Notes under the pieces: generated by a model
What the model was told of the DNA's origin: nothing
Databases searched by the model: none
What the model saw: only the letters and a program-made list of their open reading frames with translations
In this document: positions 17,601-26,269 of the stretch, piece by piece
Layout: each line of letters starts with the position of its first letter
How positions within the stretch are numbered: position 1 is the first letter of the stretch
IMG/VR virus record: IMGVR_UViG_3300002835_000134
Span: 1 to 64,000 of that record
Length of the DNA: 64,000 nucleotides
Reading direction: 5' to 3' (one strand)
Source of the DNA: a virus
Made by a program: the position numbers and the translations under genes

Positions 17601-17696
17601 AACTCCATAGAGACAGATACTGATAAAGAAGTATACGATATCAGGACACTAGAAAACCAGTGGTTTATTGCAGAAGGATTTATTGTAATTAGTTAA
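14631..17696 (+). CDS. virion/surface protein: Ig-like repeats, PASTA-like domain, (PTF)n repeat, C-terminal Hint domain
   Basis: GTW..PTSY.YQW repeats; VPNFVG..SQSPAAGT; CLEANTRLLT...VYDI...FIAEGFIV. Confidence 0.8.
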   Translation: MPFKIFDGSSWLPSKKIKVVTGAGPQDYKKAFIFNGTSWVEILEKPKKLTDPTLSYSRTDEFKGVGQTVTSTNGTWEGSPTSYKYQWEKGIYAGAEINWSEITGATQNSFLLTGDLVGYKIRCAIIATNNAGDSEKAYGTSAFIMLPEFIQTITAFVQQDSVGYINGKIRVFWDISEGADGYEIIYQGPGIPNTVVRITGQGNNLWDFDFGANNLDDLIGLTTVGISIAPYNNTSSAAAAYRAAIGSNETETLKLYQNASINNLNPLLPSLTATVYQNPGGVDDQAGIIDWSLINITQTRYEIYSEWPDGSPFGPFAMATRDATSSFITNYTPGSTSGPWKVRVYGTSRGYRGTPTVVDFFNPTQEYYWESDSGSFVSSSVKPVSSTPPTLTPTGDVGSGITITANQGEWTNTPTSYNINIMKLSPLTIVASGTTSATYTTTQQDLTDQAEFKAYATATNSAGTSLTAESTTTTRCFTASTIPSGGVANIFGSGQVGTTISMSTTGWSTGSGLPLGYNTTLQKMDGQANYVDMGVTSYVVTAADLSNYISKGGGSFPQMFRAKASAYNSAGTSDPVYSSSITASASTFIVPNFVGGSVPSSTSQYTISNGGQGNFTSNLSSVGLVSSQSPAAGTTANVGSTITVYTYAYQAAGVAPSGGQASISGTGVVGTTITAGILTAATGTPTPTSSIQLQASDSNLNFVDTGSTSVTVTQADVEVYISKGGVSAPRQWRAKLVSTNASGTETVYTGSISASAAVISPTFPTFPTFPTFPTFPTFKAPSFPTFPTFPTFPTFPTFPTFPTFPTFPTFKAPSFPTFPTFPTFPTFPTFPTFPYFPAFKAPSFPTFPTFPTFPTFPTFPTFPTFPEFKASKSCLEANTRLLTLNNGYVAAKDISIGDKLVSISAADFGNQSMKFFNVNKDVNLVGVEVIKSEMSTKDVLSFNGTEKYFSYGQPIFIKQDGLATWVEAGSVKIGDTLLTIDGSTINEVLVNSIETDTDKEVYDIRTLENQWFIAEGFIVIS
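16911..17234 (+). repeat. 9-bp tandem repeat encoding (Pro-Thr-Phe)n punctuated by KAPS
   Basis: CCAACnTTC units directly visible. Confidence 0.95.
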
Positions 17697-17742
17697 TAAA
17701 TAATGCTGTATAATATACACATAGGCAGTAAAAGGAGGAAAA

Positions 17743-18291
17743 ATGGCTACCAGCTTTCCAACAAGTAAAGATAACCTCTCTAATCCATCTGCAAATGATG
17801 AGCTTACGGGACATGCGGCACAACATACAAATGCCAATGATGCAATTGAGGCACTAGAAACAGTAGTAGGTGTAACTGGATCAACAGATTCAAACTCTAT
17901 CACATATAAGGTTAACCTTATAAATGACACACTGGTTTCAATGACAAATGCAACAGATGCAATTTCAACCCTTTTTGGCCTTGAAGGCAACAACGACCTA
18001 ACAGTCAATGGAATTGAGAATAAGACAACTATAGATAGCTTCCAGGCGTCAGACTATAGAACAGCTACCTATTCTCTTCAGATAAGTCGTGGAACAGAGT
18101 ATTATTTCTCTAATATCAGCGTTCTACACGACTCCACAAACATATACGTTTCAGAATCAGACATAGTCTCAAATACGAACAACAATCTTGCCAACGTATT
18201 GTTTGAACAATCCAATGGTATAATTAATCTAACGGTCACACCAGTTTCAACGGCTGTAACGGCTAGATATTTTAGAACGGCATTAAAGTAA
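17743..18291 (+). CDS. virion structural protein
   Basis: ATSFPTS.D..HA.QH.NANDAIEALE; C-terminal YRTATY domain. Confidence 0.65.
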   Translation: MATSFPTSKDNLSNPSANDELTGHAAQHTNANDAIEALETVVGVTGSTDSNSITYKVNLINDTLVSMTNATDAISTLFGLEGNNDLTVNGIENKTTIDSFQASDYRTATYSLQISRGTEYYFSNISVLHDSTNIYVSESDIVSNTNNNLANVLFEQSNGIINLTVTPVSTAVTARYFRTALK

Positions 18292-18318
18292 ATAAAGCAG
18301 TAAGAGGAGTCATAAAAT

Positions 18319-19758
18319 ATGGCAATTGTAAATAAAAACTTTAGAGTAAAGAATGGTCTTATTGTCGACGGTTCCGTCGCAACAGTAAATGGCTATAATG
18401 TATTAACAGAGGCATCAACAGCTTTTATTATCTCAACAATTGGCGGATCAGCAGATAGCGCAAACACTCCTAATTCTGTTGTTAAGCGTGATGGAAATGG
18501 AAACTTTGCTGCAGGCACAATTACAGCAACCTTCCTAGGCAACGTAACTGGTGACGTAACAGGTACAGTTTCAAGCATTTCAAATCATGACACAAATGAT
18601 TTAGTAGAAGGAACAGGCGCAGGTTCAAATCTATATTTTACTAATGCAAGAGCATTAGCAGCCACAGCAGCAGCATACGATGCAGCAGGTTCAGCAGCAG
18701 CAGCACAAGCAAATGCAGCAACAGATGCAACATCAAAGGTTGCAGCAGAAGCTACAGCACGTACTTCAGCAATTGCATCAGCAATTGCTACAGAGGTTGC
18801 TGATAGAAATACCGCAATTGCAACTGCCAAATCAGAAGCAATTTCTGCAGCAGCAGCAGACGCCACAACTAAGGCTAACGCAGCGCAAGCAGCAGCATCA
18901 GCAGACGCCACAACTAAGGCTAACGCAGCGCAAGCAGCAGCAGAGGCTACCGCAGCAGCAGCTCTTTCAACTGCAATATCAACAGAAGTTTCAGCTCGTA
19001 ATACAGCAATTTCAACTGCAGTAGATTCATTAGTAGATGGAGCACCATCTCTTCTTAACACATTAAATGAATTGGCAGCAGCAATAAATGACGACGCTAA
19101 TTACACAACAACTCTTACATCAGCATTAGCTACAAAGGCTAATTCAACTGATGTTACAGCATCAATTGCAACCGCAGTAAGCACTGCATCATCTGACGCT
19201 ACAACCAAGGCTAACGCAGCCCAAGCAGCAGCAGAGGCAACAGCAGCAGCAGATGCTACAGCAAAGGTTTCAGCAGAAGCAGCCCTAAGAGTATCTGGCG
19301 ATTCAGCTTCAGTTGCAACAGCAGCAGCAGATGCTACATCTAAGGCTAACGCAGCGCAAGCAGCAGCAGAGGCAACAGCACAATCTGCTCTAAATGCAGT
19401 CAAGGATGGAACTACAAAGTTTACAGCAGTAAATGTAAACGATGTGGCTGTAGTAAAAGCAGCAACCACAACAGTATCATCAGCAAGCACTGTAAATGCT
19501 CTTACATGGGCAGCAGCAGATTATCGTACAGCTAAGGCTCTTGTTAAGTTCAAGAATGGAGCAAATACTCAAGTTTCTGAGATCTTGCTCACACTTGATA
19601 CCAGCAATAACGTGGCAATAACAGAATTTGGTTCAATTGGAACCAACGGAGATCTAGGCTCAATTTCAGCAGCCTATGTTTCAGGAAATGTTTCAATATC
19701 AGTAACCACAGTATATGCCTCGACAGATGTCATGGTATATGCAACATTAATTAAATAA
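18319..19758 (+). CDS. Ala-rich tail-fibre-like protein
   Basis: ADATTKANAAQAAA repeats; LNTLNELAAA. Confidence 0.75.
   Translation: MAIVNKNFRVKNGLIVDGSVATVNGYNVLTEASTAFIISTIGGSADSANTPNSVVKRDGNGNFAAGTITATFLGNVTGDVTGTVSSISNHDTNDLVEGTGAGSNLYFTNARALAATAAAYDAAGSAAAAQANAATDATSKVAAEATARTSAIASAIATEVADRNTAIATAKSEAISAAAADATTKANAAQAAASADATTKANAAQAAAEATAAAALSTAISTEVSARNTAISTAVDSLVDGAPSLLNTLNELAAAINDDANYTTTLTSALATKANSTDVTASIATAVSTASSDATTKANAAQAAAEATAAADATAKVSAEAALRVSGDSASVATAAADATSKANAAQAAAEATAQSALNAVKDGTTKFTAVNVNDVAVVKAATTTVSSASTVNALTWAAADYRTAKALVKFKNGANTQVSEILLTLDTSNNVAITEFGSIGTNGDLGSISAAYVSGNVSISVTTVYASTDVMVYATLIK
18856..18942 (+). repeat. 42-bp direct repeat, period 45
   Basis: 18856-18897 = 18901-18942. 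Confidence 0.9.
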
Positions 19759-19824
19759 TTAAATAACAAGGTATGGGGTCCTTTCAAAACCCCAACAAAA
19801 CAATTAGGGGATATGTGAACTTAA

Positions 19825-20196
19825 ATGGCAACAGTAGATAAAAACTTCAAGGTAAAAAATGGCCTTAATGTAGCAGGTGCTGCCACTTTTGGTGCAGCAG
19901 TAAATGTAGAAAACTTAGTCTTAAATTCAACCCCCCTAGCTTTTGACTCTTCAACTGGACGACTAAAAATCCAGATTGGCGGAGTTTGGAAAGAAATTGC
20001 TCTATTAGTAGATGCACAAGAAGACCCAACAGCACTGACATTCATGGACATTGGTTTGGCTATCGATTACGATGGCTCACCAGTTTATAGCGTCTTTGCC
20101 AATGGAGTAAACACCGTAGCAACAAAGTTTGCCGATGGTGGAAGCTATACAACAGATACATTTAGCTACACATTCGATTCTGGAACAATTGCTTAA
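19825..20196 (+). CDS. fibre-associated protein
   Basis: N-terminus KNFKVKNGL paralogous to the 18319 protein. Confidence 0.7.
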   Translation: MATVDKNFKVKNGLNVAGAATFGAAVNVENLVLNSTPLAFDSSTGRLKIQIGGVWKEIALLVDAQEDPTALTFMDIGLAIDYDGSPVYSVFANGVNTVATKFADGGSYTTDTFSYTFDSGTIA

Positions 20197-20257
20197 TTGT
20201 TTTGGAATTATTGTGATGCTATAATTACCAAATAAGTCTAAATAAGGGGTGGCATAA

Positions 20258-22453
20258 ATGTCAACAGTAAGAATTCAAGTAAGAAGAGGAACCGCCTCAC
20301 AGTGGACCTCCGTAAATCCAATTTTGGCAGCGGGAGAAATGGGTGTCGAGTCAGACACAAACTTATTTAAGTTTGGTAACGGTACCTCAACATGGACCGC
20401 TCTTGCATATGCTAACAATTCAGACGTAGCAATAGCAGAAATTTCACAGGATGCTATTAATAATGCCCTTTCATTAGGCGCAGGACTTTCAAAAACATAC
20501 AATGACGGCGCAAACTCAATCACAATAACTGTTGATTCAAATGTTGTTGCACTCAAGTCATATGTAGATGCAGCAGTAACAAGTTTATCAAACACAGTAG
20601 ATGCAGATTATCTTCCAGTATCTGATCGTGGTGTTGCAGGTGGAGTAGCTTCACTTAACAATAGCGCATTGATACCAGACAATCAAATCAATGAGTCATT
20701 CTGGGCAACAAAGCTTGATGTTGCTTCACTAAGCTCAGGACTTCAGATTAAGGGTTCAGTTCGTGTAGCATCAACAGAAAACTTTGCAGCAACCAGAGCA
20801 GCTGGAACAGCAGATGCATCAGGTGGAAACGGAGTAGGAGAAACATTAACAGCCTCTGCAAATGGAGCACTTTCAATTGATGGTGTTACAGTAAATGCAG
20901 GAGACAGAGTTCTTCTTAAGAATCAAACAGATGCAAAGCAAAATGGTATTTATACAGTAACAAACGCAGGTGGATCTTCAGCAGCAGCAGTTTTAACTCG
21001 TGCAACAGATTCAGATAACAGCGTAGACGGAGAAGTCAGAGAAGGCCTCTTTACCTTTACACAAGATGGAACTGCAAATGCTCGTGACGGATATGTTCTT
21101 CTAACAGAAGGCTCTAGAGCAGGAGAAATCTTCCAGCTTGGAACAGACTCCCTTAACTTCACACAGTTTACAGGAGCAATACCAGTAACAGTAGGAGCTG
21201 GCCTAACAAATTATAATGATCAAATAATTGTAGATTTTGAAACAGTTGCTCAAAAGTCTACTCTAGATACATTTATTTCATCAACAGCAACTAACTTTAC
21301 TAACAACACTTCAACACTTAACAGCTTAGATGCAAGACTTGATCAAGCCGAAACAGATATAGACGCAGTTCAGCTGTATGGCCCAAGACTAACAATAGCT
21401 GAAGAAGACATTACAGCTATCAAGGCTTTAAATGTTACACAAACTGATAATATTGCTAATTTAACATCAGTTAATGGAACCCAATCAACAGCTATCACAG
21501 CCATTGAAACAAAGAATACAGATCAAGATACTCTTCTTGCCACACATACAGCAGATCTTGCTACTAAGGGTGAGCAGATTACAGCAATTCAAGGAATTAA
21601 TGCCACACAAGCTTCTGATATTACTGCAATCAACACATCAATAACATCAATTAATACAAACTTAGCTCCAAAAGCATCACCTACATTTACAGGAACAGTT
21701 GTTCTTCCAGAAACAACCTCAATTGGAAATGTTGATGCAACTGAGATATCTTATGTAAATGGTGTTACTTCAGGAATTCAGGCACAAATTGATACAAAGC
21801 TTGCAACAGCAACAGCAGCATCTACATATGAAACAATTTCAAATGTAGCGCTAAAAGCACCACTAGCAGATCCAACATTCACAGGAACTGTATCTGGTGT
21901 CACAAAAGCACATGTAGGGCTTGGAAACGTTGATAATACATCAGATGCATCAAAGCCAGTATCTACAGCTCAGGCAGCAGCGATTGCTACTGCAAAATCA
22001 GAAGCTCTTGCAGAAGTTACAGCAGTAATTGCTGGCGCTCCAGGAGCACTGAATACTCTTGATGAGCTTGCAGCAGCTTTAAATGATGATGCTAACTTTG
22101 CTTCAACTGTAACAACAGCAATTGCTACTAAGGTTAATTCATACACCACAGTAGTAAACAGAACAGCAAACTTCGGAATCAACGATGCAGACTACAAGGA
22201 CGCATGGTTAGATGTAGATGCTACTGGAGACATTACAATTACAGTTCCAGCAGACGGAACAAACTCACGGACATATCCAGTTGGAACATCATTCGATATA
22301 TTTAGAGCCAACACAGGAAATGTAACAATTGCAGGTTCAGGAGCAACAGTTAATGGAACTCCAGGATTAAAGTTGAGAGCACGGTACTCTTCAGCAACAT
22401 TGTTTAAGAGATCAGCAAACACATGGGTCCTTATCGGAGACCTAACAGCTTAA
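20258..22453 (+). CDS. tail fibre with Mtd-N-like N-terminus
   Basis: IQVRRGTASQW..GEMGVESDT; GDRVLLKNQT..NGIY; coiled coil. Confidence 0.75.
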   Translation: MSTVRIQVRRGTASQWTSVNPILAAGEMGVESDTNLFKFGNGTSTWTALAYANNSDVAIAEISQDAINNALSLGAGLSKTYNDGANSITITVDSNVVALKSYVDAAVTSLSNTVDADYLPVSDRGVAGGVASLNNSALIPDNQINESFWATKLDVASLSSGLQIKGSVRVASTENFAATRAAGTADASGGNGVGETLTASANGALSIDGVTVNAGDRVLLKNQTDAKQNGIYTVTNAGGSSAAAVLTRATDSDNSVDGEVREGLFTFTQDGTANARDGYVLLTEGSRAGEIFQLGTDSLNFTQFTGAIPVTVGAGLTNYNDQIIVDFETVAQKSTLDTFISSTATNFTNNTSTLNSLDARLDQAETDIDAVQLYGPRLTIAEEDITAIKALNVTQTDNIANLTSVNGTQSTAITAIETKNTDQDTLLATHTADLATKGEQITAIQGINATQASDITAINTSITSINTNLAPKASPTFTGTVVLPETTSIGNVDATEISYVNGVTSGIQAQIDTKLATATAASTYETISNVALKAPLADPTFTGTVSGVTKAHVGLGNVDNTSDASKPVSTAQAAAIATAKSEALAEVTAVIAGAPGALNTLDELAAALNDDANFASTVTTAIATKVNSYTTVVNRTANFGINDADYKDAWLDVDATGDITITVPADGTNSRTYPVGTSFDIFRANTGNVTIAGSGATVNGTPGLKLRARYSSATLFKRSANTWVLIGDLTA

Positions 22454-22477
22454 CAAATAAAATTATAGGAGATATAA

Positions 22478-23953
22478 ATGGCAAATAAAAGAGTAGGTAT
22501 TCAATCTTCGGCTCAGGACAACTTCCTTGAGCCAAATGCAGTCACATCTTTAGCTTCCACTGCCGTAAATGGTGGAGCAAGCGGAAGTGGATCAGTAAAC
22601 CTAACTTGGTCTTTACCAGCTGCATCTCCACCAGCAACACTTTATACAATTACATCAACTCCAGCAACAACAACACAAAGTACCACAGGAACTTCTTTTA
22701 CTTTTCCTGGCTTAACTGGAGGAACTTCTTACACATTTACTGTAGTAGCATCAAATGCAGCAGGAAATAGCTTACCAGCTACTTCCCCTGCAGCTACTCC
22801 AACTACTTTGCCAAATGCGCCATCAGCGCCAACAGCATCTTCTCCAAATGCTAATCAGGACACAGTTTCCTGGGCAGCACCATCTGATTTAGGAGGAACT
22901 CCAAACACTGGATACATCCTTAAGTCTTCTGATGGACCAACATATAATCTTGGTGCAGGAGTAACATCAACAACAATTAATGAAACAGCTGGAACAGCTC
23001 AGACTTATCAAGTTCTTGCAAAGAATGCAAATGGTGATGGCCCATATTCAACTTCATCAAATAGCGTTACTACAACAGCACCATACTTCCCACCGTTCTT
23101 CCCATTCTTCCCACCGTTCTTCCCATTCTTCCCGTTCTTCCCACCATACTTCCCACCGTTCTTCCCATTCTTCCCGTTCTTCCCACCATACTTCCCACCG
23201 TTCTTCCCATTCTTCCCGTTCTTCCCACCATACTTCCCACCGTTCTTCCCATTCTTCCCGTTCTTCCCACCATACTTCCCACCGTTCTTCCCATTCTTCC
23301 CGTTCTTCCCACCATACTTCCCACCGTTCTTCCCATTCTTCCCGTTCTTCCCACCATACTTCCCACCGTTCTTCCCATTCTTCCCGTTCTTCCCACCATT
23401 CTTCCCGCCTGGGTTTGGACCGTTCTTCCCACCAGGGTTCGGACCGTTCTTCCCACCGTTCTTCCCACCAGGGTTTGGACCGTGGTTTAAGTCTAAGTTT
23501 TGTATTGAAGAAGACTCAGAGGTGTTAACTTCAAATGGATACATCTTAGCAAAGGATGTAAAGGTTGGAGATGTACTTCTCACAATTGATCCATCCGAAC
23601 TAAATAATGGAGATATGACTTCAGATATAGTTCTAAGAGATAAGGTAACACTTAGCGAGACAACTGTTGTCAAGCATGAATTAAGTCAAAAAGATTTAAT
23701 TAAGTTCAACGGCTCTGAGACACTATTCTCAGAAGGACAGCCAATCTTTGTAAAAGAAGGCGACTTAATTAAATACAAGGAGACTGGACAGGTTCAAGTT
23801 GGAGACATACTTGTAACCCTAAGAGTAGAATCTTGCGAGATAATATTCGAGACAGTTGACACTATTGAAAAGCTTCCAGCAAAGGATGTCTATGACATAA
23901 GATGCGAGCCATCACAATGGTTCATAGCAGGAAACTACATAGTAATATCTTAA
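22478..23953 (+). CDS. two fibronectin-III domains, Pro/Phe-rich repeat, C-terminal Hint domain
   Basis: LTW..P, LTGGTSYTFTVVA.N; CIEEDSEVLT...VGD...VYDI...FIAGNYIV. Confidence 0.85.
   Translation: MANKRVGIQSSAQDNFLEPNAVTSLASTAVNGGASGSGSVNLTWSLPAASPPATLYTITSTPATTTQSTTGTSFTFPGLTGGTSYTFTVVASNAAGNSLPATSPAATPTTLPNAPSAPTASSPNANQDTVSWAAPSDLGGTPNTGYILKSSDGPTYNLGAGVTSTTINETAGTAQTYQVLAKNANGDGPYSTSSNSVTTTAPYFPPFFPFFPPFFPFFPFFPPYFPPFFPFFPFFPPYFPPFFPFFPFFPPYFPPFFPFFPFFPPYFPPFFPFFPFFPPYFPPFFPFFPFFPPYFPPFFPFFPFFPPFFPPGFGPFFPPGFGPFFPPFFPPGFGPWFKSKFCIEEDSEVLTSNGYILAKDVKVGDVLLTIDPSELNNGDMTSDIVLRDKVTLSETTVVKHELSQKDLIKFNGSETLFSEGQPIFVKEGDLIKYKETGQVQVGDILVTLRVESCEIIFETVDTIEKLPAKDVYDIRCEPSQWFIAGNYIVIS
23081..23487 (+). 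repeat. Pro/Phe repeat; six perfect 42-bp units (23141-23392) encoding PPYFPPFFPFFPFF, then PPGFGPFF units
   Basis: Directly visible. Confidence 0.97.
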
Positions 23954-23962
23954 AATAAATAA

Positions 23963-23996
23963 AATAAGGGGGCTAGCGAGAGCTGGCCCCCTTATT
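23963..23996. terminator. intrinsic terminator
   Basis: AATAAGGGGGCTAGC-GAGA-GCTGGCCCCCTTATT. Confidence 0.85.
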
Positions 23997-24010
23997 ATTT
24001 GTATATAGGC

Positions 24011-24039
24011 TTGTATCTATAAATCTAAAATGCTATACT
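24011..24039 (+). promoter_or_regulatory. promoter TTGTAT-17-TATACT, leaderless, for the oxygenase cluster
   Basis: Extended -10 TGCTATACT, 6 nt before ATG. Confidence 0.7.
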
Positions 24040-24045
24040 TGAAGC

Positions 24046-24792
24046 ATGACTAATATACAGGATGACTGGTTTGAAAAAGATAGGTCTGAAACTTCTTCAA
24101 ATAGAAAAGCAGACGTAATGTTTGGGGACATTAAAGTAACCAATGAGGCGTTAGGCTTAGACCTATATAACAATGCATTAGACCAAACGAGAATACAGTG
24201 GTACATAGATACACTAGAAAAGAATCTAAAGCCAGGAACTAAGTATCATTGGAACGAAGCCCGTGTAACAAATTCAGATCAGCCAATTAAAAAGGCTAGA
24301 GACTGTGTTGATTTTAAGATGAACTACAGCACACTTGGCGGTAAACAGAATGAAGAAAATGCTGAGCTATGGCAAGTCTATGATGAAATTTATAAAAAGC
24401 TTAAGTCTTGTGTTGATCACTACTGCAGGTACTGGGGAATTAATGTAACATATTACGAGGTATTTAATTTTGTAAAGTATGAAGGCGAAGGCAAAGAGTT
24501 TAAGATTCATGCAGACGATGGCCCAATGTACAAGGCAGCTGTGTCAGCAGTGATTTACTTAAATGACGACTATGAGGGTGGAGAGATCTATTACCCACGA
24601 ATGGACAATAAGACAATTAAGCCAAAGCAAGGAGACATAGCAATCTTTCCTTCTAATTACATATATGAACATGCGTCTCTTCCTATAAAGTCTGGAACAA
24701 AATATTGCGTTGTTATAATGATGGATTTAAATGATATGGCCCACCAGGGACATATTCAAAATGCTGCTGCTGCAGCATCTTCACCGTACTAA
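24046..24792 (+). CDS. 2OG-Fe(II) prolyl-4-hydroxylase-like oxygenase
   Basis: HAD, YLNDDYEGGE, FPSNYIYEH, GTKY. Confidence 0.9.
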   Translation: MTNIQDDWFEKDRSETSSNRKADVMFGDIKVTNEALGLDLYNNALDQTRIQWYIDTLEKNLKPGTKYHWNEARVTNSDQPIKKARDCVDFKMNYSTLGGKQNEENAELWQVYDEIYKKLKSCVDHYCRYWGINVTYYEVFNFVKYEGEGKEFKIHADDGPMYKAAVSAVIYLNDDYEGGEIYYPRMDNKTIKPKQGDIAIFPSNYIYEHASLPIKSGTKYCVVIMMDLNDMAHQGHIQNAAAAASSPY

Positions 24793-24800
24793 GGAGAAAA

Positions 24801-25538
24801 ATGGAAACGATAGACCCAGCTCAAGAAATTAAAAAGCTGCAAGACCAAAAGTATATTAGCGAATGGGAAGCAGAGCAGCACAGACCAATCAAGCAGACCT
24901 GGACAGAAAAAATTGATCTAGGAAACGGAATCTGGTGCTATAGAAATGTATTGCCAGCAGGTAGAAACATCCCAGAAAGACTTGAAGAAATCCTTGCAGC
25001 AAAAGATAATCAGTATGAGTGGATGCCAGCTTACGTGGGCTACCAAGAAAGAATGCCAGACTATAGAGATTGTGTTGACTTTAAATACAAGAAGACAGAT
25101 ATCTATGGAGAAAAAGAAGCAGACAATAAGCTGAGAGAAATTTGGCAAGAGTGCTATGACCCTCAATACCAAGCAGTTCGTGACTATTGTAGAATATATA
25201 ACATTCATAATTTAAGATACTGGGAAGCATTTAACTTTATTAGATACGAGCCTGGAAATCACTTTATGGAGCACCACGACCATGGCTATTCATACAACTG
25301 TACAGTTTCACTTGTAGGATATTTCAATGACGACTATGAGGGTGGAGAGCTTTACTTTAGACTGCAAAATCTAAACCTTAAACCACAAGCAGGAGACCTG
25401 TTTATTTTCCCTTCAAACTTTATGTATCCTCATCAAGCTAAAAAGGTTGTATCAGGAACTAAATATTCAATAGTAACAATGCTAGACTATAGCGCCAAAT
25501 TCCATACACAAGAAATGTTTATTGAGACAGGTGACTAA
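24801..25538 (+). CDS. 2OG-Fe(II) prolyl-4-hydroxylase-like oxygenase
   Basis: HHD, NDDYEGGE, FPSNFMYPH, GTKY. Confidence 0.9.
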   Translation: METIDPAQEIKKLQDQKYISEWEAEQHRPIKQTWTEKIDLGNGIWCYRNVLPAGRNIPERLEEILAAKDNQYEWMPAYVGYQERMPDYRDCVDFKYKKTDIYGEKEADNKLREIWQECYDPQYQAVRDYCRIYNIHNLRYWEAFNFIRYEPGNHFMEHHDHGYSYNCTVSLVGYFNDDYEGGELYFRLQNLNLKPQAGDLFIFPSNFMYPHQAKKVVSGTKYSIVTMLDYSAKFHTQEMFIETGD

Positions 25539-26269
25539 TGAGTAATAAAATAAATGCCTACAGAACTTCTCCAACCGCTTTTGTTGTAGAACCTCTATCA
25601 GTAGTAAGAGACTGGATGGATGCGACCTTTGATAAACACGCATACCATTGTTTTCCAGTAACCCTTGCAAACACTATAGGCTGGGGTATTTCTGCAAAAA
25701 CTGATATTAAGTTTATTTGGGATGGAATTAATGACCACTCTGGAGATCATGTAAAGATACTAGAAGGAGAAGGTCTTTGCTATACAGGCAGGGGACAATC
25801 AACTTTAAGCTTTAATACAAACTTAAAATTTGTCACCGATAAAAATATAAGCTTGTTGGCTGTAAACCCTCCAAATTTCTTTAATAAAGATTTTGAAGTT
25901 ATTTCATCTGTCATATCCACTTCTTTTTATCCACACCCATTGCCTCTTGCAATAAAAGCTTTAACTGCTAACAAAGAAATTACTATAAAAGCAGGACAAG
26001 TAATTGCAGCAATTATACCTCTGTCATTAGGACAGCTAAAAGATTCTACTATAAACGTTGATGATTATGTTAGCGATCCAGTTGCTGAAAAAGCAGCTAA
26101 GGATTATGGAAATGCATCTGCAGTAAAAACTGCTTTAGGTGAGTGGACTGATTGGTATAGAGATGCAATAAATGAAAAAGGCGAATCTGTCGGAGAGCAT
26201 GAAGTTAAAGCATTAAAGCTTAAGACTGTATACGTTAAAGACGGGAAACAGTGTGGCACTAACGATTAA
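25538..26269 (+). CDS. DUF6065-like protein
   Basis: RDWMD...AYHCFP..LAN..GW pattern recalled for DUF6065. Confidence 0.7.
   Translation: MSNKINAYRTSPTAFVVEPLSVVRDWMDATFDKHAYHCFPVTLANTIGWGISAKTDIKFIWDGINDHSGDHVKILEGEGLCYTGRGQSTLSFNTNLKFVTDKNISLLAVNPPNFFNKDFEVISSVISTSFYPHPLPLAIKALTANKEITIKAGQVIAAIIPLSLGQLKDSTINVDDYVSDPVAEKAAKDYGNASAVKTALGEWTDWYRDAINEKGESVGEHEVKALKLKTVYVKDGKQCGTND

Noticed and set aside
17250-17696. Mobile splicing intein
   Set aside because: No terminal His-Asn, no C-extein, no endonuclease; treated as a Hint autoprocessing domain.
18393-19490. Antisense and Gln-rich ORFs over the Ala-rich fibre gene
   Set aside because: Artefacts of GCA codon runs.
12787-22453. Diversity-generating retroelement suggested by Mtd-N domains
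   Set aside because: No reverse transcriptase and no TR/VR pair noticed in the window.
23141-23392. CRISPR-like array
   Set aside because: Contiguous coding tandem repeat, no unique spacers, no cas genes.
22980-23673. Alternative-frame ORFs (SHRSSH, GKNGGK, GRTVG repeats)
   Set aside because: Stop-free shadows of the Pro/Phe repeat; only the 22478 frame links recognisable FN3 and Hint domains.
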